From positions 1 to 24,269 of the forward strand of contig JBJHCF010000060.1 in assembly GCA_050506795.1 (NCBI GenBank): a DNA stretch of 24,269 nucleotides, read 5' to 3'. Both the position numbers and the translations under genes were made by a program. Below, piece by piece: positions 23,501 to 24,269 of this stretch; position 1 is the stretch's first letter, and the number at the start of each line of letters is the position of its first letter. Below the pieces are notes generated by a model that saw nothing but the letters and a program-made list of their open reading frames with translations, had not been told where the DNA came from and did not search any database. This DNA is from Opitutia bacterium (GTDB lineage Bacteria > Verrucomicrobiota > Verrucomicrobiia > Opitutales > T3Sed10-336).

Positions 23501-23999
23501 GATCCTCGGATACGTTCGCCAACTTTCGACTGAAGCGCAGTATTCCCTCCTCGTCTTCAACCTCGATCGCCAGATCCCAAAGCCGGTCGAGCAGTTCAAT
23601 GTCGTCCGCGCCGTGGCGCCACATCTCTTGCCGCGCGGCGTATTCCGCCTGCCGGTCGCCCAGGGCGACGCACAGATCCGCCTCCAGGGCAAACCGCAGC
23701 CAGGGGCGTTCGGAATCCGCGACCTCGTCAAACAAGGCCGGCAGTTCGTGGAATTCTCCTCGCGCCAAATGGGTTCGCGCCAACTCGGGCACCAGGGATC
23801 GTCGCTCCATATCGCCATCGGCCGCGCGAAAGGCCGCACGACCCGCGTCCGGCCGGGGCAGAAGCGTTTCTCCGGCTTGCCGGCGAATCTCCTCCGCCGC
23901 CCCCAATCCGGCTCCGGTGAGGACCAGAAGGAGCAGTCCCAGCGGAAACCCCGCGATATTCAGTATCCGGTTCCGGGAGCGCCGGCTTGAAAAAAACAT
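20598..23999 (-). CDS. Large secreted alpha-helical/TPR-like protein (~1130 aa)
   Basis: Long ORF with a signal peptide (FPLGLLLLVLTGAGLGA-A) and repeated TPR-like helices (WFALGEYWLFRGNADRSREYF; YALWLSANGYSAEAVEVV; IGLRLRRQGQTESAIRAWQTGIRINP). Start ATG 23999 or GTG 24017. Confidence 0.8.
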   Translation of the reverse strand: MFFSSRRSRNRILNIAGFPLGLLLLVLTGAGLGAAEEIRRQAGETLLPRPDAGRAAFRAADGDMERRSLVPELARTHLARGEFHELPALFDEVADSERPWLRFALEADLCVALGDRQAEYAARQEMWRHGADDIELLDRLWDLAIEVEDEEGILRFSRKLANVSEDRVHRMDHWRFLLRLDRDEEFVRDLEAHAETLFTIRSLFPELLGLGKLDLLDGLVRAAEEDADWPAWFALGEYWLFRGNADRSREYFRDLAGDRFPGDGGTGLVQGFPRLNQAFFDRYVVLRNRAFGLGTYGSDAHVAYAFFGMRELFEIETREQARDAAILYWKHDALDRGEPRTFRRNLTAELDVDSIPHGERVLALANAGFTEAMMDAVYRYLEGGAPDEATDRFVIRAINRYVASLEAFPHLRPRMIEAVDRIFDRLAGGEALDRQNEEMFQERMNLLHRLGDRERASGLIRSRMEDMDDREDLSRLWERLNLAYNVQDREAVQDAFDQLIATEAGRASFGPGRLDAMRNELAAWRWREEADGAALAEHLSGYFDRLIPGADETAPGPEFYFPVLEWWGSAHFPPDNPYFSGHELEGAYQALQPFLAQDAFPVVREAMETVASDSGGERLGALRFLEVCLHWWRGDIMTARLRLATAVSETDEPYLRYLAAFLFARDLRPEQTENLLAGLDGDERLEFRLAGMRFLLARDLGDEPAMARAARSMTPGIAAPGEAAAWAVLLVNEGHAPESLALLDAIDFASLDFRGRERFTQALIASSRATGDADRLVEAARSVLLKERAESIDPTPAGLRREALEVLEETDGLEEYRGYLQAIRADFPGSFRLLLLEAESHGVADSEDSRERQKALVDEAAALRHHDFDTRMDYALWLSANGYSAEAVEVVDALLRTGDPEVFFNLNATLSLYEEAGEMEQLVRWFEQWEAPEARSMDEYYGIQPTNHIMEEIGLRLRRQGQTESAIRAWQTGIRINPVRFTETMRIQLAGLSWEQESFEEYFRLLEDYLFRDRPSFEYGMWFVQPFASTVPRWLQAGRRNQDGELEAPLLEMLEPLLGEPDGADRLRRKADDWSRSHPDDWGRRVFEVIAYQLSENEGYLTKWRELEPAGIPDAVRERMADWFPALRELTPP

Positions 24000-24244
24000 A
24001 TGCAGCACAGCCACCACACTCTCCGAAGACGGCCGGCAAAAGCAAGCCGTCAGTTGTGGCGGCTCAAGTCATTTTCACCCCCCAACCCGGCGGAGCCGAT
24101 ACCAATAAGGAGTTACAGAATTAAGGGACTACCGGGAACGCCACTCGGTTAAGGCCGTTGATCGAAACAGCGCAGTCCTGCTTTGGCAAGTTCACCAAAA
24201 ACCACGCCCGGTTTTAAAGCATTGCTGAACTGTGAAGGTTCTCA

Positions 24245-24259
24245 CACGGAGGCACGGAG
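24245..24259 (+). repeat. Short tandem CACGGAG x2 (8-nt period) near the window end
   Basis: TCTCA-CACGGAG-G-CACGGAG-A is directly visible. Confidence 0.45.
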
Positions 24260-24269
24260 AGTTCAATCG

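Noticed and set aside
1..24269. CRISPR array, tRNA, rRNA or prophage
   Set aside because: No regularly spaced repeats, cloverleaf/T-loop signatures or phage structural genes were seen.

Overview
GC-rich bacterial chromosomal window. Gene content and promoter style suggest Verrucomicrobiota (Opitutales/Puniceicoccaceae-like); this is an inference, not a database result. In order it holds: the 5' end of a probable Y1/REP-associated tyrosine transposase cut by the left edge; yqgE/algH; a dCMP deaminase; two paralogous ribbon-helix-helix genes flanking glpD and a membrane protein; a small CxWC/SHGICxxC zinc protein; waaA coupled to a methyltransferase; a six-gene envelope operon (PEGA protein, CsgG/FlgT-like, COG3014-like lipoprotein, YcfL, LpoB, PspC); ctpA-tsaD; a MidA/NDUFAF7 methyltransferase; a 646-aa LOG/SLOG fusion protein; a minimal protein kinase plus PP2C phosphatase, divergent from a sigma54-driven type II glutamine synthetase; a lytic transglycosylase; a small conserved protein; and a large secreted TPR-like protein. 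The two best candidates for undescribed biology are (i) the LOG protein, which seems to carry degenerate dCTP-deaminase/dUTPase-like and dCMP-deaminase-like modules, and (ii) the minimal kinase/PP2C pair sharing a control region with GSII. No tRNA, rRNA or CRISPR array was seen. All family assignments come from motif recognition by eye.
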